Virus record (IMG/VR): IMGVR_UViG_3300037391_000010
Location: 1 to 64,000 of that record
Length of the DNA stretch: 64,000 bases
Reading direction: 5' to 3' (one strand)
Origin: a virus
This document shows positions 46,638 to 55,598 of this stretch, piece by piece (position 1 is the first letter of the stretch; the number at the start of each line of letters is the position of its first letter). A program made the translations under genes and the position numbers. The notes beneath the pieces are model-generated. The model was not told the DNA's origin. It saw only the letters and a program-made list of their open reading frames with translations, and ran no database searches.

Positions 46638-49600
46638 ATGAAGCTGGACGCCACACAAGCGGCGGCTGCCAAGCTTTCCCACCTAATCGAGCCCGGGCGT
46701 ACCGTCTATTCCACGGATGGTCGCGCCTACAGGGTCTTGTCAAAGATCGCCTCGGGGGGCTCCCTGAGCTTCCGTCTGGCAAATCTTCAGGGACAGCCTG
46801 TTCCAACCCCCGCAAACTTTACCCCGATCAGCGGGGCTTGGATGCGTTTCGCGTCCTTCCTGAAGTACGCCTACAACAAAGACATCACCGCAATCGTCAA
46901 CGAGATGATTACGCAGGCGGGTTTACCTATCGACCCCAAAATGGACTGGGCTGCGTACCTGACGAAGACTTACTCCGCAAATCTCAGTTCTGTAACCACC
47001 GACCCCGACATTCAGGACGAAGTGATCTATCGGACGGTCGTCTATCTTTTGTTTGAACGAAAGAACAAGAACGGCAAAAAGGTTCTGGAGAACTTTGCCG
47101 AGAAGCTGAAGAACTTCGATGTAAAAACCCAGAAGAAGCCGCTCGCAGAACAAGTCAGCGACTACCTGAAGGGCACCTTCCTTTACTACGCCAAGGATCA
47201 TGCCAAGCATGATGCGATTGCCCTGATGCGCCCCGAAGAGATGAGCATGGAGCAGCCCGGCGAAGAAGGTGAGACCTACAACATCCTCGACACCGAAGAG
47301 CACGCTACCGCTCCGGGCGTTGGACAATCCGAATCCGACCGCGACATCGATCAGTTCATCGCTCAGTTCCAAGAGTGGGTGAAAGGCAAGGAAACTCCGA
47401 AGTCCGCCCCTAACTACGCCGCCCTGCTCAAGATTTTCTGGGATCAATCCCAACAGACCGAGAGCGGAGAAGTTAAGATCAGTGATTTGACGCAAGAGTG
47501 GATTCGCCGCACAGGTTTGAGTTTCGACTCTCTGAAGCAGTACCGAGACAAGATCGGCGGCTTGCTTCGTGATTTCGTTTATGAGAACAAGGCTCAACTG
47601 GGCAACTCTTACAAGCTCGCCGACCTGTTGCAGCACATGTTCCCACCGCCTCCGAAGGCGAAGGCACGTCCAGCCAAGGCTTCGTCCTTCAAGGCCGCAG
47701 GGTGTATCGCATCCGAATACTGCCCGCAGTGCGGCAACGATGAGAATGGCTGCCATTGCCCGAACAAAGCGGATTTGCTGGATGGCGAGACACGAGGCGA
47801 TAAGACGGCCTCGGACCATCACCGCAAGCAAGTGTGCAAGTGTGGTAGCGTCCAGACCTGCCGCTGCTCGGCTCCGAAGATCGCTTTCAATGTGAACTCC
47901 TGCTCTAACTGTCGTACCGCTGCTGAGAAGCCGAAGTGTCCGCACTGTGGCTCCGACGATTACGGCCTGATGCCCACGGATTTCGAGACCGCCAAGTGTA
48001 ACGCCTGCGGCAAGAACTGGGAGCACGGCATCGTCAAGGGTATCAATGACCCGAAGGAAGCCGCTTACGGACACGCCGACAGACCGATCAATGAGGAACA
48101 GACGAAACTGGAACAGGACGTAGATCGTTTCAGCAAGGAACTCAAGAAGTTCCCCAAAGGGCCAACGGGCATGACGCCTGACGCTACCAAGGCTACTCCC
48201 GAGTGGCAGGCAGCAAAGCGCAACTACGATCAGGCTTTCCAAGCCCTGCGGAATTACAACTCCAAGCACACGGCGGCTGACCTCGGTCGATGCTCCTGTG
48301 AATGGGAAGAATGTCCGTTGGGTCACAAAGCTGGTGGGTGTCCGAACCCCGCAGCCCACATGCTTGAGATTTATGGGTACAAGACCCGCTACTGCCAGCC
48401 ATGCACCGATGCAACCATCGAGTACATCCGCTTGGAACAGGGTACGGGCGATGCGGACAACACGGTTAAGATTCTATCCTCTGTAGACACGGAGCATGGC
48501 GTTCACCCATCTCAGCCTGAGGATCACAAGGCTGCCGCTCCGTACTGCGACGGCTGCGACCGCCCGAAGGCGAACTGTATCTGTGAGGGCTGTGAGTGCC
48601 CAGAGAACAAGAACGCGAGCAAGTACGGCGACAAGATCAAGAAGATGGAAGCTCGTCGCGGTGAGTCCATCGAGTCAACGCTTAAGAAGGCGGACGGCGA
48701 AATGGGCGAAGCACCAGAGAAGCCCACTCTTCAGAAGCTCCCCAGCGAGGGCGGCTTCCACCCTATCGCGGCAGGCGAGATTCAATACACCGCTCCCGGA
48801 TTACAGGTGGTACTCGCCGAGGACTGGTTTATTTATGTGACGGATGAGACCACAGAGCACATGTGGGTTTACAATACGGAGATGTGGTACGAGTGGGGAG
48901 AGATTCCAAACGCTTTCGGTGAGGACACAACGAAGCCCCAGCCCACGGTCGAAGCGATGATCCCGTATGCCAAGGGGCACACACCCGAGCCTCTCATGGA
49001 TGACAATAAGAAGCAGATGACGCTTCAAGAATTTGAAGCAAGCAACGGCGACAACTGGGCTGATCCCGGTTTTGACAAAGAGGGGATGATCGGTCACGAT
49101 TTCATGAATGCCGATCAAGATGCGATTCGCCCCCGCATTACGCCCGGAGACACTGGACGCCTGCCTCATGCTCGCACGCAGGGGTCGCTTAAAGAATCTG
49201 CGGAAGGCGGGCTACAACACGCAAATTTGCCACGTTTTGTCGTAATGAACGGCGGCTATCCGATGGAAGTGCACAAAGAGAATTGCCGCGACATGAACAT
49301 GCCGAAGTATCGTCATGCGCCCAAGGATTGGGTTCTCACTGGTAACACAGTTGATGAAGCAGTGGAAGTGGCGGCGGGAGAGTTGAACAGCCAGTTCGAT
49401 GAGCCGTATGACACGGAAGACCTCTTCCGTGTGATGCCTTGCTGCCGTAAGAAGACCGCTGCGGAACTCGCTGGTCGTGGCGGCGGGGAAGACGATGTAC
49501 GCGGAGCAGGTGATCTGTGGCGTGAAGAGTTCTATCAAGAGGGCGGTTCAGCGGGGGCTCCTCCAAAGATTGCCACATCGCTGAAAACATTGCCATGCTG

Positions 49601-52600
49601 CGGGTCGGTATCAAGTCATCACAAACCCGGTTGCAAAGTGTACAATGATAATTTCACCAAGACCTTGACCACGTTGTATCCAGAGAAGTTTGGGAGTGGT
49701 GATATGTTTGTAGCCGCAACGAAAATTGCCGCCGATCAGTGGAAGGTCACCATCCGCGATCCTAAAGGAAAGCAACGAGAGGAAAAGGTTAGGGGTCAGG
49801 ATTACAGCGCAGCCGAACGTGCAGTGACAAAGAAGATGAAGGACAAAGAACAACTCGTTAGCATGACGGTTGCCAATAAAACTGCGGCTCCTGCGGCAGC
49901 GGCACCAGCACCAGCCGCCCGACCAGCGCAAGCACCCCAGACAGTGGTAGCTCCACCAGCAGGCACGGCTGTCGCTCTGCCGGGTCAACAACCGACGACA
50001 GAAGACGAGAAACCGATGCGGAAGACAGTTGTACCCGAGCTTCCCGGAAAGAAGTGGCACATGACCAGCAAAACAGCAAGCATTCTCGAAGACGCCTTCC
50101 AGTATTTCATGGAAGGTAAGAAGGAGGGAGGGCTGGCGGATGTGTTCAACGAACATTACACCCGCACTGGCAAGGGCGAAGACAAGTACATCGCCTGCTC
50201 CAAGCTCATGATGGATTTTGAGTACGCTTTCCAGCGTCAAGAGGACGGCTCCCTAAGCGACGAAGACAGTCTCCGTGAGGACGCGGAGAACGCATTGCGT
50301 GAGATCGTTGGCGATGACCCGAACTACAGCGAGAGCGCAGCACCAGCGACAAAAGGGGCACTCAAGTCTGGACAGAACACTCCCGAAGTAGAGGCTGAAG
50401 TTGCTCAGTTGGCGCAAACTCATCCGCTGACTGAGGTTCACGAGAATTGCAACCCAGCCTATGAGCACGGGCAGTGGTGGATCATCTGCGGCCCATGCGG
50501 TGCTTCGTGGGCGGTTGAAGATGCTACGGGCGGACAGAGCTACAACGGTCTCGATCTGGAAGAGGTTGATGCGGGCGATGGTTCCTGCCAAGAGAATCTC
50601 CATGAGTCCTCTACGGTTCAAGTTCCGGGCATGGCTGGACTGCAATCAGAGGCAAAGGAAGTAACGAGTTCGGTGGAGAAGAAAGCATGGATTGAGGATG
50701 AAGGTGAAGTAGAAGAGGAATCGGTTCAGGATCGTTTGGAATACCTCAGGGGCGAACTCCGCGCCGAGCGGATCAGTCAGGGGGAGTTGATGGAATTACA
50801 GGGTCTTGCCGACTACATTGACCCCGGCGATGTGGAATTGTTGGAGGCCGCTGGTGTCGAAGAAGTTATATCTCAGCCCGATGTACCCATTGAGACACCT
50901 GAGTTCGGTGAAGCCGATAAAACCCGTCTGAGGGGTCTTGGTGTAATTGGAAAGAAAAAGAAGGCGTTCGAGCCCGGAGCCAATAGTGGTATCCGTGGTT
51001 CCAACGACGGCACGTACATCTATCAGGCGGACGTATGGTGCGAGAATTGTGCTACGGAGATCGCCGCCACGTTGGATGCGGAAGGCAAGACGCCGCCTAA
51101 CGTGATGGATGAGGCTTCGTATGATTCGGACAACTACCCGAAAGGGCCGTTCTTCGAAGAGGAATCCGATGCACCCGAGCATTGTTCGGGCTGCAAGATT
51201 TTCCTTGAAAACCCACTGACGGCTGATGGCACAGAGTACATGACACAGATGGTTGATAAAGCCGTCGCCGAAGGTCGCGGCGAAGAGCCACACATTAAGG
51301 AATGGATGGACTTTTACGGGTATCGTCCTGAGGAGAAAAACATGATAGAGTCATCCGATGCATCGGACAAAATCAACGCAATGCCGCAGCGTGGCAGGCC
51401 AAAGAGCCCGTCGCAGTTGGGTCTCCAAGAAAAATCAGAACTCGATCTGCGTAATGAGGGAATCCCTTTGAGAAGCAGCGAGGACAAAGTGGCGGCTACT
51501 CCACAGCCCACGTCTGGCGAAGACGAGGGGTTCAACGTCAAGGTCGTCTACAACAAGTACGGCATCACGCTGGAGCCAACCAACAACCTGCTCAGCGATG
51601 TGCAGGGCATCGGCGAATCGATCCCGAAGCCGAGCATCTGGGAACTGATGGAGGACTTCTTCACCAATGGCTGGGAGATGGTCAACCCTGAAGACATCGG
51701 GGCATTGACATCTGGCGAGATCATGAGTGACCAAGACGGCAACGTTTACTGGCACGAGCGTTATCAGATCGAGGACATGGTTGAAGAGTTGATGAACGGC
51801 AACAAGGTCAACTTGCAATACGGCGGCAACCTGTTCGAGATGGATGAGGGCAGCGAGATCGCCCCGCCTGCCGAACCCGATCCGAATCAGATGGAGCTTC
51901 CGCTCCAGTCTTCCAAGAAGGAGGCCACGGGCGAGATGAGTCAGGCTGAGCTTGACGAGAATGGTCGCGAAGAGTGGCCGATGCATTACAACATCGCTGA
52001 CGCTCTTGGGGCTGAAGTAAAGCCGTTCGACCAGTATCAAGGGCCGTATGTTCGCGTGCCTGAAGGTCGTCTGTGGGTCACTACTCCCGAAGGAGCGGGC
52101 GATGGGGCGGAACTCATCGTTTGGAACGAGAGCAACCGTAAGTCGAGCGAGCCGTTTATGTGGGATGACGAGAATGCGGCGGTCGATGCTGCTCTCAGCG
52201 TCATGGATAATCCCCCAGCCAACACTTTGCCTTGGGGTGCGGAGCGTGAGGAGCAGTTGAAGAACGGCCCCGACACGTCTGAGGTCGAAGACACGGTTCC
52301 AGCGGAACATCCCGAAGGCTGGACGCCTGAGTTTAGTAAGGGCGACAAGGAGAGTCTGCACGGACTTGGTGTCAAGGGTTCGAAGAAACAGGCGGCACCC
52401 GGCGACGGTGGGCTCCAACGCGACGTACAAAAAGCACAGGGTCTCAAGCCAGAACAGAAAAATTACGACAAGGCTATCGTGAACGCCTATGAAACCCATC
52501 CGTTGGTGGAATTGCTCTGGAATTCCATGAAGCGTGATCCGCAGCACAAGGATCGCGTCCAGACTGGGTACGGCACCAAGACGAAGCAGGGTTTGGTGCT

Positions 52601-52646
52601 GAGTATCGCCCGAATCATGAAAGAGAACCCTGTGTCTGGAGAATAG
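46638..52646 (+). CDS. 2002-aa multi-module (polyvalent) protein, putative protease-processed capsid-cargo polyprotein with a sigma-factor-like module
   Basis: AAGGAGG RBS; about 20 unrelated modules (Zn ribbons, small phage domains) separated by K-x-A-(A/S)-like motifs. Confidence 0.7.
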   Translation: MKLDATQAAAAKLSHLIEPGRTVYSTDGRAYRVLSKIASGGSLSFRLANLQGQPVPTPANFTPISGAWMRFASFLKYAYNKDITAIVNEMITQAGLPIDPKMDWAAYLTKTYSANLSSVTTDPDIQDEVIYRTVVYLLFERKNKNGKKVLENFAEKLKNFDVKTQKKPLAEQVSDYLKGTFLYYAKDHAKHDAIALMRPEEMSMEQPGEEGETYNILDTEEHATAPGVGQSESDRDIDQFIAQFQEWVKGKETPKSAPNYAALLKIFWDQSQQTESGEVKISDLTQEWIRRTGLSFDSLKQYRDKIGGLLRDFVYENKAQLGNSYKLADLLQHMFPPPPKAKARPAKASSFKAAGCIASEYCPQCGNDENGCHCPNKADLLDGETRGDKTASDHHRKQVCKCGSVQTCRCSAPKIAFNVNSCSNCRTAAEKPKCPHCGSDDYGLMPTDFETAKCNACGKNWEHGIVKGINDPKEAAYGHADRPINEEQTKLEQDVDRFSKELKKFPKGPTGMTPDATKATPEWQAAKRNYDQAFQALRNYNSKHTAADLGRCSCEWEECPLGHKAGGCPNPAAHMLEIYGYKTRYCQPCTDATIEYIRLEQGTGDADNTVKILSSVDTEHGVHPSQPEDHKAAAPYCDGCDRPKANCICEGCECPENKNASKYGDKIKKMEARRGESIESTLKKADGEMGEAPEKPTLQKLPSEGGFHPIAAGEIQYTAPGLQVVLAEDWFIYVTDETTEHMWVYNTEMWYEWGEIPNAFGEDTTKPQPTVEAMIPYAKGHTPEPLMDDNKKQMTLQEFEASNGDNWADPGFDKEGMIGHDFMNADQDAIRPRITPGDTGRLPHARTQGSLKESAEGGLQHANLPRFVVMNGGYPMEVHKENCRDMNMPKYRHAPKDWVLTGNTVDEAVEVAAGELNSQFDEPYDTEDLFRVMPCCRKKTAAELAGRGGGEDDVRGAGDLWREEFYQEGGSAGAPPKIATSLKTLPCCGSVSSHHKPGCKVYNDNFTKTLTTLYPEKFGSGDMFVAATKIAADQWKVTIRDPKGKQREEKVRGQDYSAAERAVTKKMKDKEQLVSMTVANKTAAPAAAAPAPAARPAQAPQTVVAPPAGTAVALPGQQPTTEDEKPMRKTVVPELPGKKWHMTSKTASILEDAFQYFMEGKKEGGLADVFNEHYTRTGKGEDKYIACSKLMMDFEYAFQRQEDGSLSDEDSLREDAENALREIVGDDPNYSESAAPATKGALKSGQNTPEVEAEVAQLAQTHPLTEVHENCNPAYEHGQWWIICGPCGASWAVEDATGGQSYNGLDLEEVDAGDGSCQENLHESSTVQVPGMAGLQSEAKEVTSSVEKKAWIEDEGEVEEESVQDRLEYLRGELRAERISQGELMELQGLADYIDPGDVELLEAAGVEEVISQPDVPIETPEFGEADKTRLRGLGVIGKKKKAFEPGANSGIRGSNDGTYIYQADVWCENCATEIAATLDAEGKTPPNVMDEASYDSDNYPKGPFFEEESDAPEHCSGCKIFLENPLTADGTEYMTQMVDKAVAEGRGEEPHIKEWMDFYGYRPEEKNMIESSDASDKINAMPQRGRPKSPSQLGLQEKSELDLRNEGIPLRSSEDKVAATPQPTSGEDEGFNVKVVYNKYGITLEPTNNLLSDVQGIGESIPKPSIWELMEDFFTNGWEMVNPEDIGALTSGEIMSDQDGNVYWHERYQIEDMVEELMNGNKVNLQYGGNLFEMDEGSEIAPPAEPDPNQMELPLQSSKKEATGEMSQAELDENGREEWPMHYNIADALGAEVKPFDQYQGPYVRVPEGRLWVTTPEGAGDGAELIVWNESNRKSSEPFMWDDENAAVDAALSVMDNPPANTLPWGAEREEQLKNGPDTSEVEDTVPAEHPEGWTPEFSKGDKESLHGLGVKGSKKQAAPGDGGLQRDVQKAQGLKPEQKNYDKAIVNAYETHPLVELLWNSMKRDPQHKDRVQTGYGTKTKQGLVLSIARIMKENPVSGE

Positions 52647-52690
52647 TCAGTAAAATTCAACTTTTTGACCCCTTAATAGGTGGAGGAACC

Positions 52691-53752
52691 ATGGCAAACG
52701 TAAAGAAAGCAGATCGTGAGGCAGTTCGCAAGGCTATTGTAGCCCGTCGCGAAGCCCGTAAGACCGAAAAAGTGGCTCAATACGCCAAAATGCGTGAGAC
52801 CGCGAAGTCCCCGGCGAAGTTCGCCAAGGTTCTCGATGAACTCGTAGCAAAGACCGCTCGTCAGGCTGACAGCATGGAAGCCCTCCGTCACAACCTCGGC
52901 CTCGCGAGGGTCGCCAAGGACGCTCCCGCCAAGGTTCGCGTTGCAGCCGCCCAAAAATACGGCAAGAAGTTTATCCGTATCGCCGAAGAGCAGCCCGACA
53001 TTCTGGCTGACGCCCTCCAGCAAGCCTACAAGGGCTTGGATGAGCAGGCAGCGGCCATGGAAATCGCAGCCGAAGCTCTGGGCATTGACCTCGGTGCAAC
53101 TCCCGCTGAGAAGGCATTCACCGACGAAGGCAAGCACGAACTTGAGCTTGGCGAAGACAAGGGCGAAGCCGTAGCCGAAGCTGAAGGTCCTGACTTTGAA
53201 GCGCAGGAAGAGACTGAAGCCGAAGCTGACGCCGAACCCGCAGACAAGCCCGAAGAAGAGAAGGAAGCCGCCGCAGGTTCCGACGCTTTCAGTACCGACC
53301 GCGATCCATCAGGCAACCCCAAGGCACCGCAGAAGGCACAGAGCCCACGGGCTCAAGGCGAAGCTTTCAAGAATTCCGCAGAACAGCCCAAGGGTGTAAC
53401 GCAGGAATTCACCATCGCCCCGCATTCCGAAGGCGCTGAGAAGTTCGTGAAGAACATCCCGCAGGCTCAGGGCAAGGAAGCAGGCAACAAGCTCAGCGCA
53501 ATGAGCAAGAAGGATTTCATTGCTCTGGCGGACGCCATCAAGAATATGAGCGTCGGCCCTGATGAGAAGCGCAACATCGCCGAAGGGTTGTGCAGCACGC
53601 TTCGCGCATCCAACCCACGTTTCATGAAGGAACGCTTCATGGGCTACGTGATGGGCGAGAATGGTCCGAGCGGCGGTGCAGTAAAGCCGATTGGACAGCC
53701 GCGTAAGTCGCGTCCCGCTCCGATCACGACTGCCCCCGCTGAAGGCATGTAA
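52691..53752 (+). CDS. Head-associated protein with K-x-A motifs and an appended small phage domain
   Basis: GGAGG RBS; late motif upstream; DAFSTDRD..GNPKAPQKA..PR motif; KLSA-MSKKDFIALADAI...NPRF..ERF module. Confidence 0.65.
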   Translation: MANVKKADREAVRKAIVARREARKTEKVAQYAKMRETAKSPAKFAKVLDELVAKTARQADSMEALRHNLGLARVAKDAPAKVRVAAAQKYGKKFIRIAEEQPDILADALQQAYKGLDEQAAAMEIAAEALGIDLGATPAEKAFTDEGKHELELGEDKGEAVAEAEGPDFEAQEETEAEADAEPADKPEEEKEAAAGSDAFSTDRDPSGNPKAPQKAQSPRAQGEAFKNSAEQPKGVTQEFTIAPHSEGAEKFVKNIPQAQGKEAGNKLSAMSKKDFIALADAIKNMSVGPDEKRNIAEGLCSTLRASNPRFMKERFMGYVMGENGPSGGAVKPIGQPRKSRPAPITTAPAEGM

Positions 53753-54012
53753 TGTTCTTCGTCTTCACAGGTGAAGAATACTACCCGGGAGGCGGCTGGA
53801 GCGATTTCCAAGGCACTGCCGAGACCATTGAGGCCGCTCGCGCTCGCGTTGAGGCCGTCATGGGCAACGATGACTGGTATCATATTGTGGACGCCTCTTC
53901 ACTGAAAATAGTCGAGGAAGGCTCCATCAAAGACGTAACCACCTACGATCCCTACGAAGAGAAACGTCAGGCCGTTCCCGCCACAGGCGGCGAAGGCTAC
54001 CATGGCGTATAA
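53752..54012 (+). CDS. Small phage protein (F.G..YYP.GGW.DF type)
   Basis: FVFTGEEYYPGGGWSDFQG...DWYHIVD. Confidence 0.65.
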   Translation: MFFVFTGEEYYPGGGWSDFQGTAETIEAARARVEAVMGNDDWYHIVDASSLKIVEEGSIKDVTTYDPYEEKRQAVPATGGEGYHGV

Positions 54013-54016
54013 GTAG

Positions 54017-54088
54017 TTGAAAACAAACCAAATATAGTCAAAATTTCCTATCGTTTCCGACCCATTTTTGGGTATAATAGGGACATGG
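54017..54088 (+). promoter_or_regulatory. Early promoter repeat, copy 1
   Basis: TTGAAAACAAA..AAATATAGT...TTCCTA-N22-TATAAT-AGGGAC-ATGG, nearly repeated at 55527-55598. Confidence 0.8.
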
Positions 54089-54393
54089 ACGCAACCAAAG
54101 CACTGCTCATCACTCTGTTTCTTGCGGTTCCAGCCTTCGCGCAGGAGCCGCGTGGCACGATCAAACCCGCCGATCCCGTATCCGCCGCGACCCACGAAGT
54201 GACCGCGCTCGGCGGCGACTGCATGGACAAGCCCGTCGTTCTGCCTACCCCGCTCCCCGTCCTGAGAATCTCTCTGGGCGAATACGCACGCCAGATTCGA
54301 GCGCAACACGCCGCCGCACCCAAGGCCGCGAAGATCGTCAACAACGACAAGTTTGACGCGGAAGCCGAACTCGAAGCGAAGGTGACGAACTAA
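54085..54393 (+). CDS. Small secreted protein
   Basis: Leaderless; signal peptide; SLGEYAR..R motif. Confidence 0.65.
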   Translation: MDATKALLITLFLAVPAFAQEPRGTIKPADPVSAATHEVTALGGDCMDKPVVLPTPLPVLRISLGEYARQIRAQHAAAPKAAKIVNNDKFDAEAELEAKVTN

Positions 54394-54503
54394 TGGTGCA
54401 ATGTCAAAGCTGCGGAGCATGGGCTGGTCGCTACGAGGGGTTTGCAATCCTCCGTAGGTGGTTCAAGTGTCTATCGTGTTTCCACGTTTGGAGTGTGGGC
54501 TAA
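54393..54503 (+). CDS. 36-aa Zn-ribbon microprotein
   Basis: MVQCQSCG...FKCLSCFHVW; TAATG coupling at both ends. Confidence 0.55.
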   Translation: MVQCQSCGAWAGRYEGFAILRRWFKCLSCFHVWSVG

Positions 54504-54739
54504 TGGAGATCATCATCATCGAACACGCTTTGGGTTCTTGGACGGTCGAAGTCCTGACGGGCTGCATGGACATTCCCGAGGGATGCAAGGATTGGGATTC
54601 GTTCGGTCGCGGCTTCAAGTACAAGGGGCACGCCGTGGCTTACCTCAAACGGATGGCGAAGAACTCGCCTGACCACGGTTCACGTTGGGTCATCTATGAA
54701 TTCCAGCAACGTTGGTTCGTTGCTATGAGGGTCAAATAG
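54503..54739 (+). CDS. Hypothetical protein
   Basis: TAATG coupling. Confidence 0.55.
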   Translation: MEIIIIEHALGSWTVEVLTGCMDIPEGCKDWDSFGRGFKYKGHAVAYLKRMAKNSPDHGSRWVIYEFQQRWFVAMRVK

Positions 54740-54740
54740 C

Positions 54741-55313
54741 ATGGAAAAGCTTAAGCCAGTCAAGAACGACATCGACACGATTCTCTGGTGCGGCCCTGCC
54801 GCGATCTCTGCGGTAACAGGGGAGCCCGTCAGCAAGGTCATCACCACGATGAAGCACCTGAGTGGCAAACGGTGCATCAAAGGCGTCAGTACGGGGCTCA
54901 TGCAGCGCACGCTGACCATGTTGGGGTGGGAAGCCCTCACCATTCATCGTTTCGACCGCACAAAGGCTCCCTACGGTCAAGCAGCCCCTATTCGCTTAGC
55001 TGATGGCTCGCGTGTAACGGTCATCACTGGCGGCGAACACAACTATGTGGAAGCGAAGCAACGCCCCACGCTGGCACGCTACTGCCGCCAGCACCGCGAA
55101 GACTTTCAAGAGCACGCCTGCATCGTTGAGACCACGGGGCATTATGTCGCAGTCTACGGACGTAGGTTCTGCGACAACTTCACCAAAGAGCCAGTGTTCT
55201 TGCGTAAGTCACCCCACCGCCGCGCTCGCGTCCAGCGGGTACTTCAAATCAAAAAGGTCGGTGGCCCCGACTGGAAACCCAAGACAGACGCTTGGGGGAG
55301 GAGCAACGTATGA
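54741..55313 (+). CDS. Papain-like/peptidase-fold hypothetical protein
   Basis: WCGPAAISAVTG...TGHYVAV...D (C-H-D pattern). Confidence 0.45.
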   Translation: MEKLKPVKNDIDTILWCGPAAISAVTGEPVSKVITTMKHLSGKRCIKGVSTGLMQRTLTMLGWEALTIHRFDRTKAPYGQAAPIRLADGSRVTVITGGEHNYVEAKQRPTLARYCRQHREDFQEHACIVETTGHYVAVYGRRFCDNFTKEPVFLRKSPHRRARVQRVLQIKKVGGPDWKPKTDAWGRSNV

Positions 55314-55465
55314 TGAACACCGCAGCGAAGCTGATACTGGCGACCAAGATCGCCGAAGCAGTCCAGAGCAAGTACAATCTGAGCACGGGGTTTCAACTCA
55401 CCGAGGAGAGCGTTGACACCAACGAACTCGTCCTGACCATCGCAGAGCAGTTGGACGGCATCTAA
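55310..55465 (+). CDS. Small hypothetical protein (51 aa)
   Basis: GGAGGAG RBS; ATGA overlap. Confidence 0.55.
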   Translation: MMNTAAKLILATKIAEAVQSKYNLSTGFQLTEESVDTNELVLTIAEQLDGI

Positions 55466-55526
55466 CGCCCGCGAGGATGACTCGCAGCGGGTGAGCGAAA
55501 GCAAAGATACCCGCTACGGTATATTA

Positions 55527-55598
55527 TTGAAAACAAAGCAAATATAGTGCTGAATTCCTAGCGATTCGAGCCTCTTTTTGGGTATAATAGGGACATGG
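55527..55598 (+). promoter_or_regulatory. Early promoter repeat, copy 2
   Basis: TTGAAAACAAA..AAATATAGT...TTCCTA-N22-TATAAT-AGGGAC-ATGG. Confidence 0.8.

Noticed and set aside
46923-48359. 478-aa minus-strand ORF (also 51435..52547, 27067..27840, 21954..22697, 2152..2964)
   Set aside because: Antisense shadows of strongly codon-biased plus-strand genes; no recognisable motifs or RBS
46638-52646. Tape-measure protein, virion RNA polymerase or intein-containing protein as the identity of the 2002-aa ORF
   Set aside because: No long helical or hydrophobic repeats, no DxDGD or other polymerase motifs, and no intein C...HN-C/S/T ends; it is acidic, Cys-rich and modular
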